Assembly: GCF_006345805.1 (NCBI RefSeq)
Contig: NC_043020.1
Coordinates: 30,566,001-30,630,000, forward strand
Length of the DNA: 64,000 nucleotides
Origin: Octopus sinensis
Taxonomy: Eukaryota
Direction of reading: 5' to 3'
The notes beneath the pieces are model-generated. The model was given only the letters and a program-made list of their open reading frames with translations. It made no database searches and was not told the DNA's origin. A program made the translations under genes and the position numbers. Shown here in pieces: positions 48,705-61,709 of the stretch (positions within the stretch are counted from its first letter, which is position 1; every line of letters begins with the position of its first letter).

Positions 48705-49194
48705 TATATACATACACGCGTGCGCATACATGCATAATATATACATACACACACTCACACATGTACACATACATACATACATACATACGTTGTCTGTATG
48801 TGTGTGTGCCTTTTGTGTCTGTTAGACGACCACCATTTGACAACCAGTGTTTGTTTATGTCTCCGTAACTTAGCAGTCTGGCAACAGAAAACCGATGGAA
48901 TATGTACCAAACTTTGAAAAAAAATAAGTACTGGAGTTGATTTTCTCGACTAAACGTGTCAAGGCGGTGCTCCAGCATGGCTGCAGTGCAATGTATGAAA
49001 GAAATAAAGGCTAAAAGAGAAAACTGAGTGCAATTTATGTGTCTCGAAAATCTGTGGAAAGTGTTTTGCTGTCAACGTTTTATGCAAAAAGTTGTTTAGC
49101 AATGTCTATAACCAAAAACATGTTTCGTGCCAGGCTGTCAAATGAAATGGATAAGCAAGTGTGCTTGTTTGAAATTGGTTAGAATTAAGATATT

Positions 49195-50865
49195 TGGTAG
49201 AGAGAGCCAAGCCAATTGAAACTGGTAGAGAGAGCCAAGCCAATTGGAACTGGTAGAGAGAGCCAAGCCAATTGAAACTGGTAGAGAGAGCCAAGTCAAT
49301 TGAAACTGGTAGAGAGAGCCAAGTCAATTGAAACTGGTCGAGAGAGCCAAGCCAATTGAAACTGGTCGAGAGAGCCAAGTCAATTGAAACTGGTAGAGAG
49401 AGCCAAGTCAATTGGAACTGGTAGAGAGAGCCAAGCCAATTGAAACTGGTAGAGAGAGCCAAGCCAATTGAAACTGGTAGAGAGAGCCAAGTCAATTGAA
49501 ACTGGTCGAGAGAGCCAGGCCAATTGAAACTGGTCGAGAGAGCCAAGTCAATTGAAACTGGTAGAGAGAGCCAAGTCAATTGAAACTGGTAGAGAGAGCC
49601 AAGTCAATTGAAACTTTAGAGAGAGCCAAGTCAATTGAAACTGGTAGAGAGAGCCAAGTCAATTGAAACCGGTAGAGAGAGCCAAGTCAATTGAAACTGG
49701 TCGAGAGAGCCAAGCCAATTGAAACTGGTAGAGAGAGCCAAGTCAATTGAAACTGGTAGAGAGAGCCAAGTCAATTGAAACTGGTAGAGAGAGCCAAGTC
49801 AATTGAAACTGGTAGAGAGAGCCAAGTCAATTGAAACTGGTAGAGAGAGCCAAGTCAATTGAAACTGGTAGAGAGATCAAGTCAATTGAAACTGGTAGAG
49901 AGAGCCAAGTCAATTGAAACTGGTAGAGAGAGCCAAGTCAATTGAAACTGGTAGAGAGAGCCAAGTCAATTGAAACTGGTAGAGAGAGCTAAGTCAATTG
50001 AAACTGGTAGAGAGAGCCAAGCCAATTGAAACTGGTAGAGAGAGCCAAGTCAATTGAAACTGGTAGAGAGAGCCAAGTCAATTGAAACTGGTAGAGAGCC
50101 AAGTCAATTGAAACTGGTCGAGAGAGCCAAGTCAATTGAAACTGGTCGAGAGAGCCAAGCCAATTGAAACTGGTAGAGAGAGCCAAGTCAATTGAAACTG
50201 GTAGAGAGAGCCAAGTCAATTGAAACTGGTAGAGAGAGCCAAGCCAATTGAAACTGGTAGAGAGAGCCAAGCCAATTGAAACTGGTAGAGAGAGCCAAGT
50301 CAATTGAAACTGGTAGAGAGAGCCAAGTCAATTGAAACTGGTCGAGAGAGCCAAGCCAATTGAAACTGGTAGAGAGAGCCAAGCCAATTGAAACTGGTAG
50401 AGAGAGCCAAGCCAATTGAAACTGGTAGAGAGAGCCAAGCCAATTGAAACTGGTCGAGAGAGCCAAGCCAATTGAAACTGGTAGAGAGAGCCAAGCCAAT
50501 TGAAACTGGTAGAGAGAGCCAAGCCAATTGAAACTGGTAGAGAGAGCCAAGCCAATTGAAACTGGTAGAGAGAGCCAAGCCAATTGAAACTGGTCGAGAG
50601 AGCCAAGCCAATTGAAACTGGTAGAGAGAGCCAAGTCAATTGAAACTGGTCGAGAGAGCCAAGCCAATTGAAACTGGTAGAGAGAGCGAAGTCAATTGAA
50701 ACTGGTAGAGAGAGCCAAGTCAATTGAAACTGGTAGAGAGAGCCAAGCCAATTGAAACTGGTCGAGAGAGCCAAGTCAATTGAAACTGGTCGAGAGAGCC
50801 AAGCCAATTGAAACTGGTAGAGAGAGCCAAGCCAATTGAAACTGGTCGAGAGAGCCAAGCCAATT
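49195..50865. repeat. 28-bp minisatellite, ~60 units
   Basis: Unit GGTAGAGAGAGCCAAG(T/C)CAATTGAAACT in head-to-tail array with no unique spacers. Confidence 0.97.
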
Positions 50866-52099
50866 CGTCTCATTTAAAATGCAACAATTTCAATAAAATT
50901 TATTTATTTCTATAGGCCAGAAATTTTGTGGGGAGAAAACTGTTGATTATATCTGCACCAGTCTTTTATTTTATCGATTCTTGAAGAATGAAAGGCAAAG
51001 TTGACGAAGGTGGGACTCGAAACTTTTAAGTTAAATTAATAACAATACAATTTTATTATCTGTTCTTTGGTATCCAACCATTCAACGCAACATTCTTCAC
51101 ATGAGGTACGCTAATACTGCCTGGTATAATGATGATGGGGAACAATGGAAGAAAGTCCCGGAACCCTAAACATAGAGAGTAAAGAGCAGCAGCAGCAATG
51201 TGACAATTTGAATAACAATCACCATGGAAACGAGTGACAGTCATACATTTGTCAATTCCACTTGAGTGCAACAATAAAATTCATTATAACTTCAAGGGAC
51301 GTAACTCTTTATTGAATAACGTGGCTAGTTGTCTCCCTTGTATTATATCTTGATCTCAGATAATATATTTTAACTGAAGCAATTACATCGTAGCAGAATC
51401 ACAAAACGAATGACCTCATCTTCATTGTATGACAAAATATACGTGATAATTCAAATAATATAACAGTTTTTGTCCGTCGTGAAGGGAGGGGTTATATAAA
51501 GGGGCGTAACTTCAGATTTCGGCCCTCCTACCACCACCACCTCTACCACGACTTTGGATGATCATAATTTACAGAAAATTGGATATTTTTTAATGAAATT
51601 TTCTACGAATATGTGTTGTGTCATTTAGATTCTGAATATACGAAATTGGGGAGGGGTTAGGGGGGATTTTGGAAAATTCACCAGAGTCAACTGCAATTCG
51701 TCTTAACTTTCAGGAAAATGAATATTTTTTAATGAAATTCTCTACAAATAGACCTCACACTATAATAGATTCTGAGGATTATAAAGATTCTGACGACGAC
51801 ATATCTTGCGGAGAGTTTTGGTGCTGTTCTGCTGATAAAGCTGTTGTTGTTTGGGGAGATTCTGATTCTGTTGTTTTTGCTGCTGTCTGGTAGATGGAAA
51901 CCATAGAGATATATACAACAAGAACAACAACAACAACAGGGGAAGCTACTACTGTTGTTGTTCTTGTTTTTTGCTACTGCTGTGATTGTTGTTACTGCTA
52001 CTGTTACGGTTATTTTTATAGCTATAGTGGTCACCTTCCTCTGCTAGAGCTGTTGTTGTTGTTTCGATGGTGGTGTTGTTGTCGCCAAAAATGGACTGC

Positions 52100-52480
52100 T
52101 CCCTTTTCTCTTTTGTTGTGGGTAGAAAGCTTTGAGATGATTTGTATCCTCGTACAGGTGACATCTTGGCATTCTGCCCTCAACAGCCACGTGAAGCTTT
52201 GTGCATTCTGGTAGGCTTATGGAAGTCCGATATGACCTCAACACTTGGCTAGTCTGCATACCATATCCTAAACAGTTCTGCTTCTGTATTCTCTATGGCC
52301 ACACAATAGTGTTTTTTCCTTCTTATGTCAAAGAGAGCTGCAGCCACCGACCAGCAGATGTTTATTTCTGGTGGTATATTTTGTATTTTTACTTTGAATA
52401 CCTTTCATCTTTAAATGATTATTCCGGAACATATTCGCCATCTACTTCAATTTCTACTCAGTGTTTTGTTTAAGTTTTTT
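52100..52480 (-). mobile_element. LINE ORF1 (gag-like knuckle) remnant homologous to 9300-9530
   Basis: Minus frame HVAVEGRMPRCHLYEDTNHLKAFYPQQKR. Nucleotide motif ACAAATCA(C/T)CTCAA(G/A)GCTTTC is shared with 9500-9525. Confidence 0.55.
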
Positions 52481-52544
52481 GTTGAATAAAATTTATTGAA
52501 AAAAAGCTGCAATGATTATGCACCAACTTGATAGTAACCTTTAG

Positions 52545-52930
52545 GAGTGACAAACAAGAATGCCTAATAATCGACATGGCAGCATCAGGAGATTAACAAA
52601 TTATCATGAAAGAAAGAGAAAAGATTGATAAATATGGAGACCTGAGAATTGAGATTGCTAAGATGTGGCATCTATGAGAGTCAAACATAAAGGTTGTCCC
52701 TATTGTCATCGGAGCATTGGGTTCAGTTCCACCCAATCTGAAGAAACATCTGGAAACTTTATAAAAATCCCTACAATTTTGGTGCATTGCAAACATCAGC
52801 ATTACTTGGAACTGCATGTATATTGTATTAAGCATTGTCAGGCTGAGGTCCTTGTTGTGACTTGACAGACAAACCCTTGGCAGACGCAGTATCTTCAATC
52901 AAGAACATCACAATATTGGATCCTGTGTGA
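52545..52930 (+). mobile_element. R4/Dong-clade LINE 3' end
   Basis: KQECLIIDMAASGD...KEREKIDKYGDLRIEIAKMW...IKVVPIVIGALGSVP. Followed by AATAATAAC. The 3' UTR motif TCCTTGTTGTGACTTGACA recurs at 61740. Confidence 0.85.
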
Positions 52931-53547
52931 CATCTTAAATAATAACAACAACAACTTAAAAGTGATAAAGAAAAAAGAAAAATACTCTTGGAATTCAAAT
53001 AAGGAATACAAATTAATAAATTGTTTTGAATAAGAATAAAAAGAAATTTTAATGATAATTATTTTTCATTTATTTATTTTGATAACAATGACATAGGCCC
53101 AAGGCCACAAGTCGGGGGTATGGGGACCTGTAAAGTTGATTGTATCAGTATTTTACTGGAGTTTATATACTGACCCCAAAAAACGATTAAATGCATTTTT
53201 GACCCCAGTTCAAATATCACCAGGCTCAACATTGCTCTTCATCCTTTCAGGGTAGAAGAAATAAGGGTCCAATCAAGTACTTGGGTAAATTTAGTAATAA
53301 TCATGAATTTTTTTTTTTTTTCACATAGGCACAAGGGCAGAACTTTCACAGAAGGGGTTAATCAATGAAACCGACCCCCAATACTTGACAGGTACTGTAT
53401 TTTGACCCCTGAAGGATGATAAACAGAGTTGTCCTTGGTAGGATTTGAAATTAGAATGTAAAAGAACAAAAAAATCTTTTTAGATAACCCCAGGGCTTTC
53501 TGTCCAGCGTTCTGCCAACCCTGCCTCTCCACCATTAATAACCTTTC

Positions 53548-53772
53548 TATTTTTCACTTGTTTCAGTCACTTGACTGCGGCCATGCTGGAGCACTGCCTT
53601 GACGAGCTTTAGTCAAACGCATTGACCAGATTACTTTTCCCTTTTAAGCCTGATACTTATTCTATCGACCAATTTTACTAAACCACTAAGCCATGGGGGA
53701 TGTAAAAAAACCAACACTGGTTATCAAACTGTTGTACGGACAAACATGGACACAAAGACATACACACACATG

Positions 53773-53808
<36 letters not shown>

Positions 53809-54040
53809 CATACATACATATACACACAGACATATATACATACATATATATATATATATACATATATACATACGCACATATAGATACACACACACACACA
53901 CACACATACATATATATGGCACTCACAAGGCTTTGTTCAGCCTTGTGCTATAGTAGAAGACACTTGCCCTAGGTGCCATGCAGTGGGACTGAACTTGGAA
54001 CGATGTGGTTGGGAAGCAAACATTTTACCACACAGCCACA
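53548..54040 (-). mobile_element. SINE family B, full length
   Basis: Reverse-complement tail (TTTCAGTCACTTGACTGCGGCCATGCTGGAGC), internal CA/TA microsatellite, and head (GGGACTGAACTTGG...ACCACACAGCCAC). Confidence 0.85.
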
Positions 54041-54914
54041 CCAAATGTACAAGGTCAGAAATTTAAGTTAGAGGGGTCAGTCAATACCATTGACCCTATC
54101 ATTTAACTGATGCTCAATTTTATTGACCCCTAAATGGTGGAAAAGCAATGTTGACTTCAGCAGGTTTTGAAGTCGATAATTAATGATTTGTGAATTAGGC
54201 ACAAGGCCAGCAATTTTTTTTTTGGGGGGGGGGGGGCAGTTGATTACAATGACCCATTTCTTAACTGGTACTTTATTTTATTAACCCTAAAAGGAAGAAA
54301 AAGGCAAAGTTGACCTCAGCAGGTTTTGAAATTGATGATAATGGGTTTTTATTTAGACACAAGACCAGCAATTTCAAAGGGATCAGGTTGTCAATACCAT
54401 CAACCTTGTTGTTTAATTTTATTGACCCTAAAAGGATGATAGGAAAGGTCAGCCTTGGAGGGGTTTTGACTCCAGTAATAATAATTGTTTCTTGAATTCT
54501 CTTTCTCTTTTTTGTTGAAGTCTATTTGGCAGAAAGTTAATGGAATTCTAAAATCTATTTTTCTTCTTAGGAATTGGGAGAATGTACAGGAATTGGTCAA
54601 GTGATAAGAGTTCATATCCTAACACTGGAACTTCACTCTCATACAGCTCAGTCCACCTGGTTGAAAACAGGTACCACATATTAAGAATGATTCCACACTC
54701 TAACCAGCATCATCAGCAGCATCATAAATACAATGGGTGTTTTGTCAGCTTCCTCCCCCACGTTCGGCACCACTAACTACTAGTACTATTACTACTACTA
54801 CTATAATCATCAACTATACCATTAACATCATTACCTCCACCGGTAACCAAGGCAACTACCATGACCACCACCACAGTTACTACTACCAACTTCTACATTT
54901 GTTGCTGTTGTATA

Positions 54915-55330
54915 GCCCCGAGTTAAACTTGATTGAACAGACCTGTGATCAAAGGCATTCCTTCCATGACCACCTCTATCCTTTCTATGACTACATTATC
55001 TGTCTTTCCCTTCTCTTTTAAGACAATAGGTTATGTGATTTGAGAGAAATGTGACTTCTATTTCTAGCATGCCAAAAGTTCACATACCTGCACATTTGTT
55101 GGTTAGTCCAATCGTTGTTAGTGGTGGTGGTGGTGATGGTGATATTGTTTAGCCCCAGGTCAGCCCTGATTCAGCAGACATATTTGATCAAAGGCACTGC
55201 AACCATGACTGTCCTATCCTTCTCATGGGCATTGTGTATCTAGGAAAACATTATTCAGTGTGTTCCTAACTTTTAAAGATAGTAGAATGTAATTTGAGGG
55301 TGATTTGGCTGTTAATTCTAGCCTGTCAGG
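54915..55330 (+). mobile_element. Two copies of an unclassified ~170-bp dispersed repeat (family E)
   Basis: Units begin ~TAGCCCC...GATCAAAGGCA.T.C..CCATGAC and end GATTTG...GCT.TT..TTCTAGC. About 15 copies in the window. Confidence 0.7.
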
Positions 55331-55458
55331 GAACTATATAAGGGAGACATGTGACTTCACCAAGCTCACCTGACCTAAATAAGTATCTTGTCTATTAAAC
55401 AAGTGATGCACTTTTTCCAAGATGCCAATCCATCACCAAAACAACAACAACAACAACG

Positions 55459-55494
<36 letters not shown>

Positions 55495-56057
55495 GCTTCA
55501 AATTTTTACACAAGGACAGCAACTTTAGGGGAGTGAGTCCATAACATTGACCCTGCTGTACTTGAATGGTACTTTAGTATATCAACCCCCCACCCCAAAG
55601 AGCAAAAATGATGAAAATTTCTTTGCAAGTGATAGGTTCGTGAGACGAGGTTGCTGGATTTTGTGGTGCATAGACTCGCATCTGGATGGGAGATCGGTCT
55701 GGTGCAGGGTTACTCATTATGGCGGCCAGGTGAGAGGATTGGAACCACATGAAATGAAGTGTTTGGTTGGGGAACAAAATGCATCACCTGCCCCAGGAAC
55801 TGAAACCACAATCCTGGGATCATGAATGCAACATCCTAACCACTGAGCTATGTGCCTCTGCCACAATAGAAATATTAATATTGGTTTCAAATTTTGGCAC
55901 AAGGCCAGAAATTTTGTATGAAGAGTCAACTTACATCAACTCCAGTACCCAGCTGGTACTTATGTTATTGACCTCAGCAGAATCCGAACTTGGAATGGAA
56001 AGATGGATGAAATGCCATTAAGCATTCTGCCTGGCATGCAAATGATTCTGCCAGCTC

Positions 56058-56108
<51 letters not shown>

Positions 56109-56734
56109 ATGAATTCTCCAATTACTATGAAGTTCTGAGATCATATTTGAACCTGAGTGAAAACCTACAATGGACTGATGTCCTATCCCAGAGGGGAAGC
56201 AATATATCTCTACCACTTCACTCCACTAAAAATACACTATAACCCCTTCTTCCTGAATAAATAGACTAACCCCTATCATAAAAGGAGAAGGTACTTGCCT
56301 CACCCTCAGACTCTTTTTCTCTGTTTCTTCATATTTTCTCCTCTTCCTTTTCACTTTGTGTTAAGCTTTTTTTCTTTTAAATTTTTTGGTCTTCTTTCCT
56401 TCTCCCATTCTTTCTTTCTTTTCGTTCCCTCTCCCTTTTTTCTTTCATTCTTTTTCTTTTTCTTTATCACCACCTCCCACCCACACTCCTTTTCCTGTTG
56501 CTTGGTCATTAAATTTGGAAAGAACCTTCAACAGCCAACAAATTGTTATCCCCCAAATGCCATCTGCTTCCCTTTCTTTCATGTTCTTTACTGTGTCTGT
56601 GTGTCTGTGTGTGCGTGTGTGTGTGTGTGTGTGTTGCATTCTTCCAGAGCATCAAACTAATACACTTGCATATTGTTCCTTCACCTGTTTCTGTCTTTTG
56701 TTTTCTGTACATTTGAACCATATATGTATGGACA

Positions 56735-56830
<96 letters not shown>

Positions 56831-57252
56831 CATGTATATATATATATATATATGTATGTATGTGTACGTGTGTACATACATATATAAATACATATATATG
56901 TACGTACATATGCATAGGCGTGTGTACATATCACACATACATATAAATATACATACATACCTGTATTTACATGCACGCACACACACATATCCATATAGTG
57001 TGCGTGTGTATACATAAAAATATATGCACACACAAACAGACACATCTGGAAATGGGGAAACATTCTAGAAGAAGCCTCACCTTTGAATAAGCATCTTTTG
57101 AATGAACTGGGCAGAGATTTTCCTCTCTTTTTATAAATTCAAACATATATATATATATGATGAGTCACTAGTAATGCTAAAGACTTTACAGGTGCAAAAA
57201 CAATGGTCACAATCTGACTGGTCATTACATTCAACTTCCTATACACACACAT

Positions 57253-57295
<43 letters not shown>

Positions 57296-58545
57296 TATAC
57301 TATCATAATACAACAGTATTACAAAGGTCTTAGAGTAAATTAGAAGAGGTACCCCAAGGGAAGATAAAAGAAATTAAGTCAGCCTTAGCGGGAACAATGC
57401 TCACATATGTAGATATAAATCACATCTACATATATATGTATTGTATGTGTGTATATATAAATATATACACACACACTCACACGTGTATATGTATTGCGTG
57501 TGTGTGTGAGTGTATGTTTATATATTTATATCAATGATTGCATGTAGGCTGCATGAAAGTAACTCAGAGAAGATGAGTTCTATACAGACATTGCACTCTC
57601 CCACATGTGTCAAATTAAAAGCCACTAACTGCAATTATCCATGCAGTTTGTAGACAAAAGCTCCCTCTACACAATGTTCAAAATCTAAAAAAGAACAAAT
57701 AAGAGACACAAATGTAGTAAAATCACTTCGTTGAAATTCTTGGGAAATATGTAAAAATGCAGTATGGCAGGGGTAAGGGTGGATCAGATCTGTATGCCAA
57801 CAGGTGGAGGCAACAGACATGTTTCAGTCTTGTTCAACCTCCTCAGCAAGGAATATTTTATCTTCAGTTGACAACACTAAGAGTGATCAATATATATATA
57901 CACATACACCCACAGGTGCATGTGTGTGTATATTCTATGTGTGTGTGTGTGTATGCACATATATATGCATACACACACACAAAATGTAATGATACTGATT
58001 ATGAATATCAACAATATGGTCAAAGGAAAAATAAAAAGTCTGTCATGTATGTATAATATCTGTATGTGATTGCTTATTTATCCATTGTTGTTCTTCCTGT
58101 TGTTGCAGTTGATAATTTTTTGTTTGAAAATGAGTTTAGTTTACTTTGTTAATTTATCTGTTAATTCATTAAATCTCAGAATCCATTTAGTAAAACTTTC
58201 CATTTTTTTTTTTGGTTGAATGAATTTTTTTTTTTACCATTTACAATAAAAAATATGGGGACAAAAAAATTCAAGTAAATTACCAGCACCAGAAAACAAT
58301 ACAAAAATAAAAGAAAAAATATAAACAATGAAAATAAAAAACAACAATAGAGATAATATAACAACTTCCTCCCTTCCTCCCTCCTCGAAGAACATTCTTG
58401 TTTTGCCCCCTACCCTCCCCCTGACCACACCTTCCCCTCATTTTCTACTCAAGAGATTGTGGACATATATCAGTCCACCAAAACTGCCACTATTGTCCTC
58501 ATCAGCATCTTGCAAGATTGAGGGAGAGAGAGAGAGAGAGAGAAG

Positions 58546-58701
58546 TTAATCAACTTCCAGCTTCCGGTATGTCCCCATCAAGCACTCGCCAGTCGCATCT
58601 TCTTTGATGACCGATTTGTTAGCTTGCTGTAGTTTCTTGAAACCATATTTAAATTCTTCTTCAAACTGAGCATCATACTTCAGAAAGTTCTCAGTCCAAG
58701 C
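58546..58701 (-). CDS. Probable last coding exon of an unidentified gene whose upstream exons lie outside the window
   Basis: Branch-like CTAAT, pyrimidine tract and TTTAG acceptor, then phase-0 open frame AWTENFLKYDAQFEEEFKYGFKKLQQANKSVIKEDATGECLMGTYRKLEVD*. Complex, non-repetitive, protein-like. Family not recognised. Confidence 0.7.
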   Translation of the reverse strand, partial: AWTENFLKYDAQFEEEFKYGFKKLQQANKSVIKEDATGECLMGTYRKLEVD

Positions 58702-58756
58702 CTAAAGGGAACAGAATAAAGGGGGAAAGGATTAGAAAGACAGGAAAACAATGGGG

Positions 58757-61059
58757 GAACAAAAGGGTCAGAGAGACAAACAAAAGGGTCAGAGAGACAA
58801 ACAAAAGGGTCAGAGAGACAAACAAAAGGGTCAGAGAGACAAACAAAAGGGTCAGAGAGACAAAGAAAAGGGTCAGAGAGACGAACAAAAGGGTCAGAGA
58901 GACAAACAAAAGGGCCAGAGAGACAAACAAAAGGGTCAGAGAGACGAACAAAAGGGTCAGAGAGACAAACAAAAGGGTCAGAGAGACAAACAAAAGGGTC
59001 AGAGAGATAAAGAAAAGGGTCAGAGAGACAAACAAAAGGGTCAGAGAGACAAAGAAAAGGGCCAGAGAGACAAAGAAAAGGGTCAGAGAGACAAAGAAAA
59101 GGGTCAGAGAGACAAACAAAAGGGTCAGAGAGACAAACAAAAGGGTCAGAGAGACGAACAAAAGGGTCAGAGAGACAAACAAAAGGGTCAGAGAGACAAA
59201 GAAAAGGGTCAGAGAGACAAAGAAAAGTGTCAGAGAGACAAAGAAAAGGGTCAGAGAGACAAACAAAAGGGTCAGAGAGACAAAGAAAAGGGTCAGAGAG
59301 ACGAACAAAAGGGTCAGAGAGACAAAGAAAAGGGTCAGAGAGACAAAGAAAAGGGTCAGAGAGACGAAGAAAAGGGTCAGAGAGACAAACAAAAGGGTCA
59401 GAGAGACAAAGAAAAGGGTCAGAGAGACAAAGAAAAGGGTCAGAGAGACAAAGAAAAGGGTCAGAGAGACAAACAAAAGGGTCAGAGAGACAAACAAAAG
59501 GGTCAGAGAGACAAACAAAAGGGTCAGAGAGACGAACAAAAGGGTCAGAGAGACGAACAAAAGGGTCAGAGAGACAAAGAAAAGGGTCAGAGAGACAAAG
59601 AAAAGGGTCAGAGAGACAAACAAAAGGGTCAGAGAGACAAAGAAAAGGGTCAGAGAGACAAAGAAAAGGGTCAGAGAGACAAAGAAAAGGGTCAGAGAGA
59701 CAAAGAAAAGGGTCAGAGAGACAAACAAAAGGGTCAGAGAGACAAAGAAAAGGGTCAGAGAGACAAACAAAAGGGTCAGAGAGACAAAGAAAAGGGTCAG
59801 AGAGACAAACAAAAGGGTCAGAGAGACAAACAAAAGGGTCAGAGAGACAAACAAAAGGGTCAGAGAGACAAAGAAAAGGGTCAGAGAGACAAACAAAAGG
59901 GTCAGAGAGACAAAGAAAAGGGTCAGAGAGACAAACAAAAGGGTCAGAGAGACAAACAAAAGGGTCAGAGAGACAAACAAAAGGGTCAGAGAGACAAACA
60001 AAAGGGTCAGAGAGACAAAGAAAAGGGTCAGAGAGACAAACAAAAGGGTCAGAGAGACAAACAAAAGGGTCAGAGAGACAAAGAAAAGGGTCAGAGAGAC
60101 AAACAAGAGTCAGAGAGACAAACAAAAGGGTCAGAGAGACAAAGAAAAGGGTCAGAGAGACAAACAAAAGGGTCAGAGAGACAAAGAAAAGGGTCAGAGA
60201 GACAAAGAAAAGGGTCAGAGAGACAAAGAAAAGGGTCAGAGAGACAAAGAAAAGGGTCAGAGAGACAAAGAAAAGGGTCAGAGAGACAAAGAAAAGGGTC
60301 AGAGAGACAAAGAAAAGGGTCAGAGAGACAAAGAAAAGGGTCAGAGAGACAAACAAAAGGGTCAGAGAGACAAAGAAAAGGGTCAGAGAGACAAAGAAAA
60401 GGGTCAGAGAGACAAAGAAAAGGGTCAGAGAGACAAAGAAAAGGGTCAGAGAGACAAACAAAAGGGTCAGAGAGACAAACAAAAGGGTCAGAGAGACAAA
60501 CAAAAGGGTCAGAGAGACAAACAAAAGGGTCAGAGAGACAAACAAAAGGGTCAGAGAGACAAAGAAAAGGGTCAGAGAGACAAACAAAAGGGTCAGAGAG
60601 ACAAACAAAAGGGTCAGAGAGACAAACAAAAGGGTCAGAGAGACAAACAAAAGGGTCAGAGAGACAAACAAAAGGGTCAGAGAGACAAAGAAAAGGGTCA
60701 GAGAGACAAACAAAAGGGTCAGAGAGACAAAGAAAAGGGTCAGAGAGACAAAGAAAAGGGTCAGAGAGACAAAGAAAAGGGTCAGAGAGACAAACAAAAG
60801 GGTCAGAGAGACAAAGAAAAGGGTCAGAGAGACAAAGAAAAGGGTCAGAGAGACAAAGAAAAGGGTCAGAGAGACAAAGAAAAGGGTCAGAGAGACAAAG
60901 AAAAGGGTCAGAGAGACAAACAAAAGGGTCAGAGAGACAAAGAAAAAGGTCAGAGAGACAAAGAAAAGGGTCAGAGAGACAAAGAAAAGGGTCATAGAGA
61001 CAAAGAAAAGGGTCAGAGAGACAAACAAAAGGGTCAGAGAGACAAACAAAAGGGTCAGA
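58757..61059. repeat. 21-bp minisatellite, ~110 units
   Basis: Unit AAAAGGGTCAGAGAGACAAA(C/G), 2.3 kb head-to-tail array. Confidence 0.98.
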
Positions 61060-61169
61060 TAGCTTCACATTTTGCACCAGAAAGTATCACCATCATTTAA
61101 CATCTGTTTTCCATGCTAGCATGGGTTGGATGGGATTGACAGATGTGGGTAAGGCCAGGGATCATATCA

Positions 61170-61394
61170 ATCCTTTTCTACATTAGGAACAAGGCCTGAT
61201 TTTAGGGGAAGGGCATTGAACCCAGTCTCCACTAGGTACTTATTTCATCAAACCAAAAAGGATGAAAGGCAAAGCTGACTTCAGCAGAATTTGAACTCAG
61301 AACATGAAGATCCAGGAGAAATGCTGCTAAGCATTTTGTTTGATGTGCAAACGATTCTGTCTGCTCATTGCTCTTTTTAATAATAATAATAATG

Positions 61395-61462
<68 letters not shown>

Positions 61463-61672
61463 CCTCTCTACTATAGGTATAAGGTCTGAAGTTTTGAGGA
61501 AGTGTGCTAATCAATTATATTAACCCCAGTGTTCTACTGGTGGTTATTTTATCAACCCTGAAAGGATGAAAAGCAAAACTGACCAGCAAAAGTTGAACTC
61601 AAAATATAAAGAGAGACAAAATACTGCTCAGCATTTTGTCTGGGTTGCTAATCATTCTGCCATCATGCTGCC

Positions 61673-61675
<3 letters not shown>
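61170..61675 (-). mobile_element. Two tandem SINE family C copies separated by (AAT)n
   Basis: Both show AAAGGATGAAA.GCAAA.CTGAC..CAGCA.AA.TTGAACTC and end with ATTCTG(T/C)C. Confidence 0.75.

Positions 61676-61709
<34 letters not shown>

Noticed and set aside
49106-50873. ORFs over the 28-bp array, and the possibility of a CRISPR array
   Set aside because: Units are directly adjacent with no unique spacers, there are no cas genes and the context is eukaryotic. The ORFs are repeat translations.
58680-61077. Long ORFs of 328-789 aa (KGQRDKQ, FVSLTL, SERQ and VRET repeats)
   Set aside because: They are open in most frames on both strands only because the 21-bp unit lacks stops. No unique domain; pure minisatellite translation.
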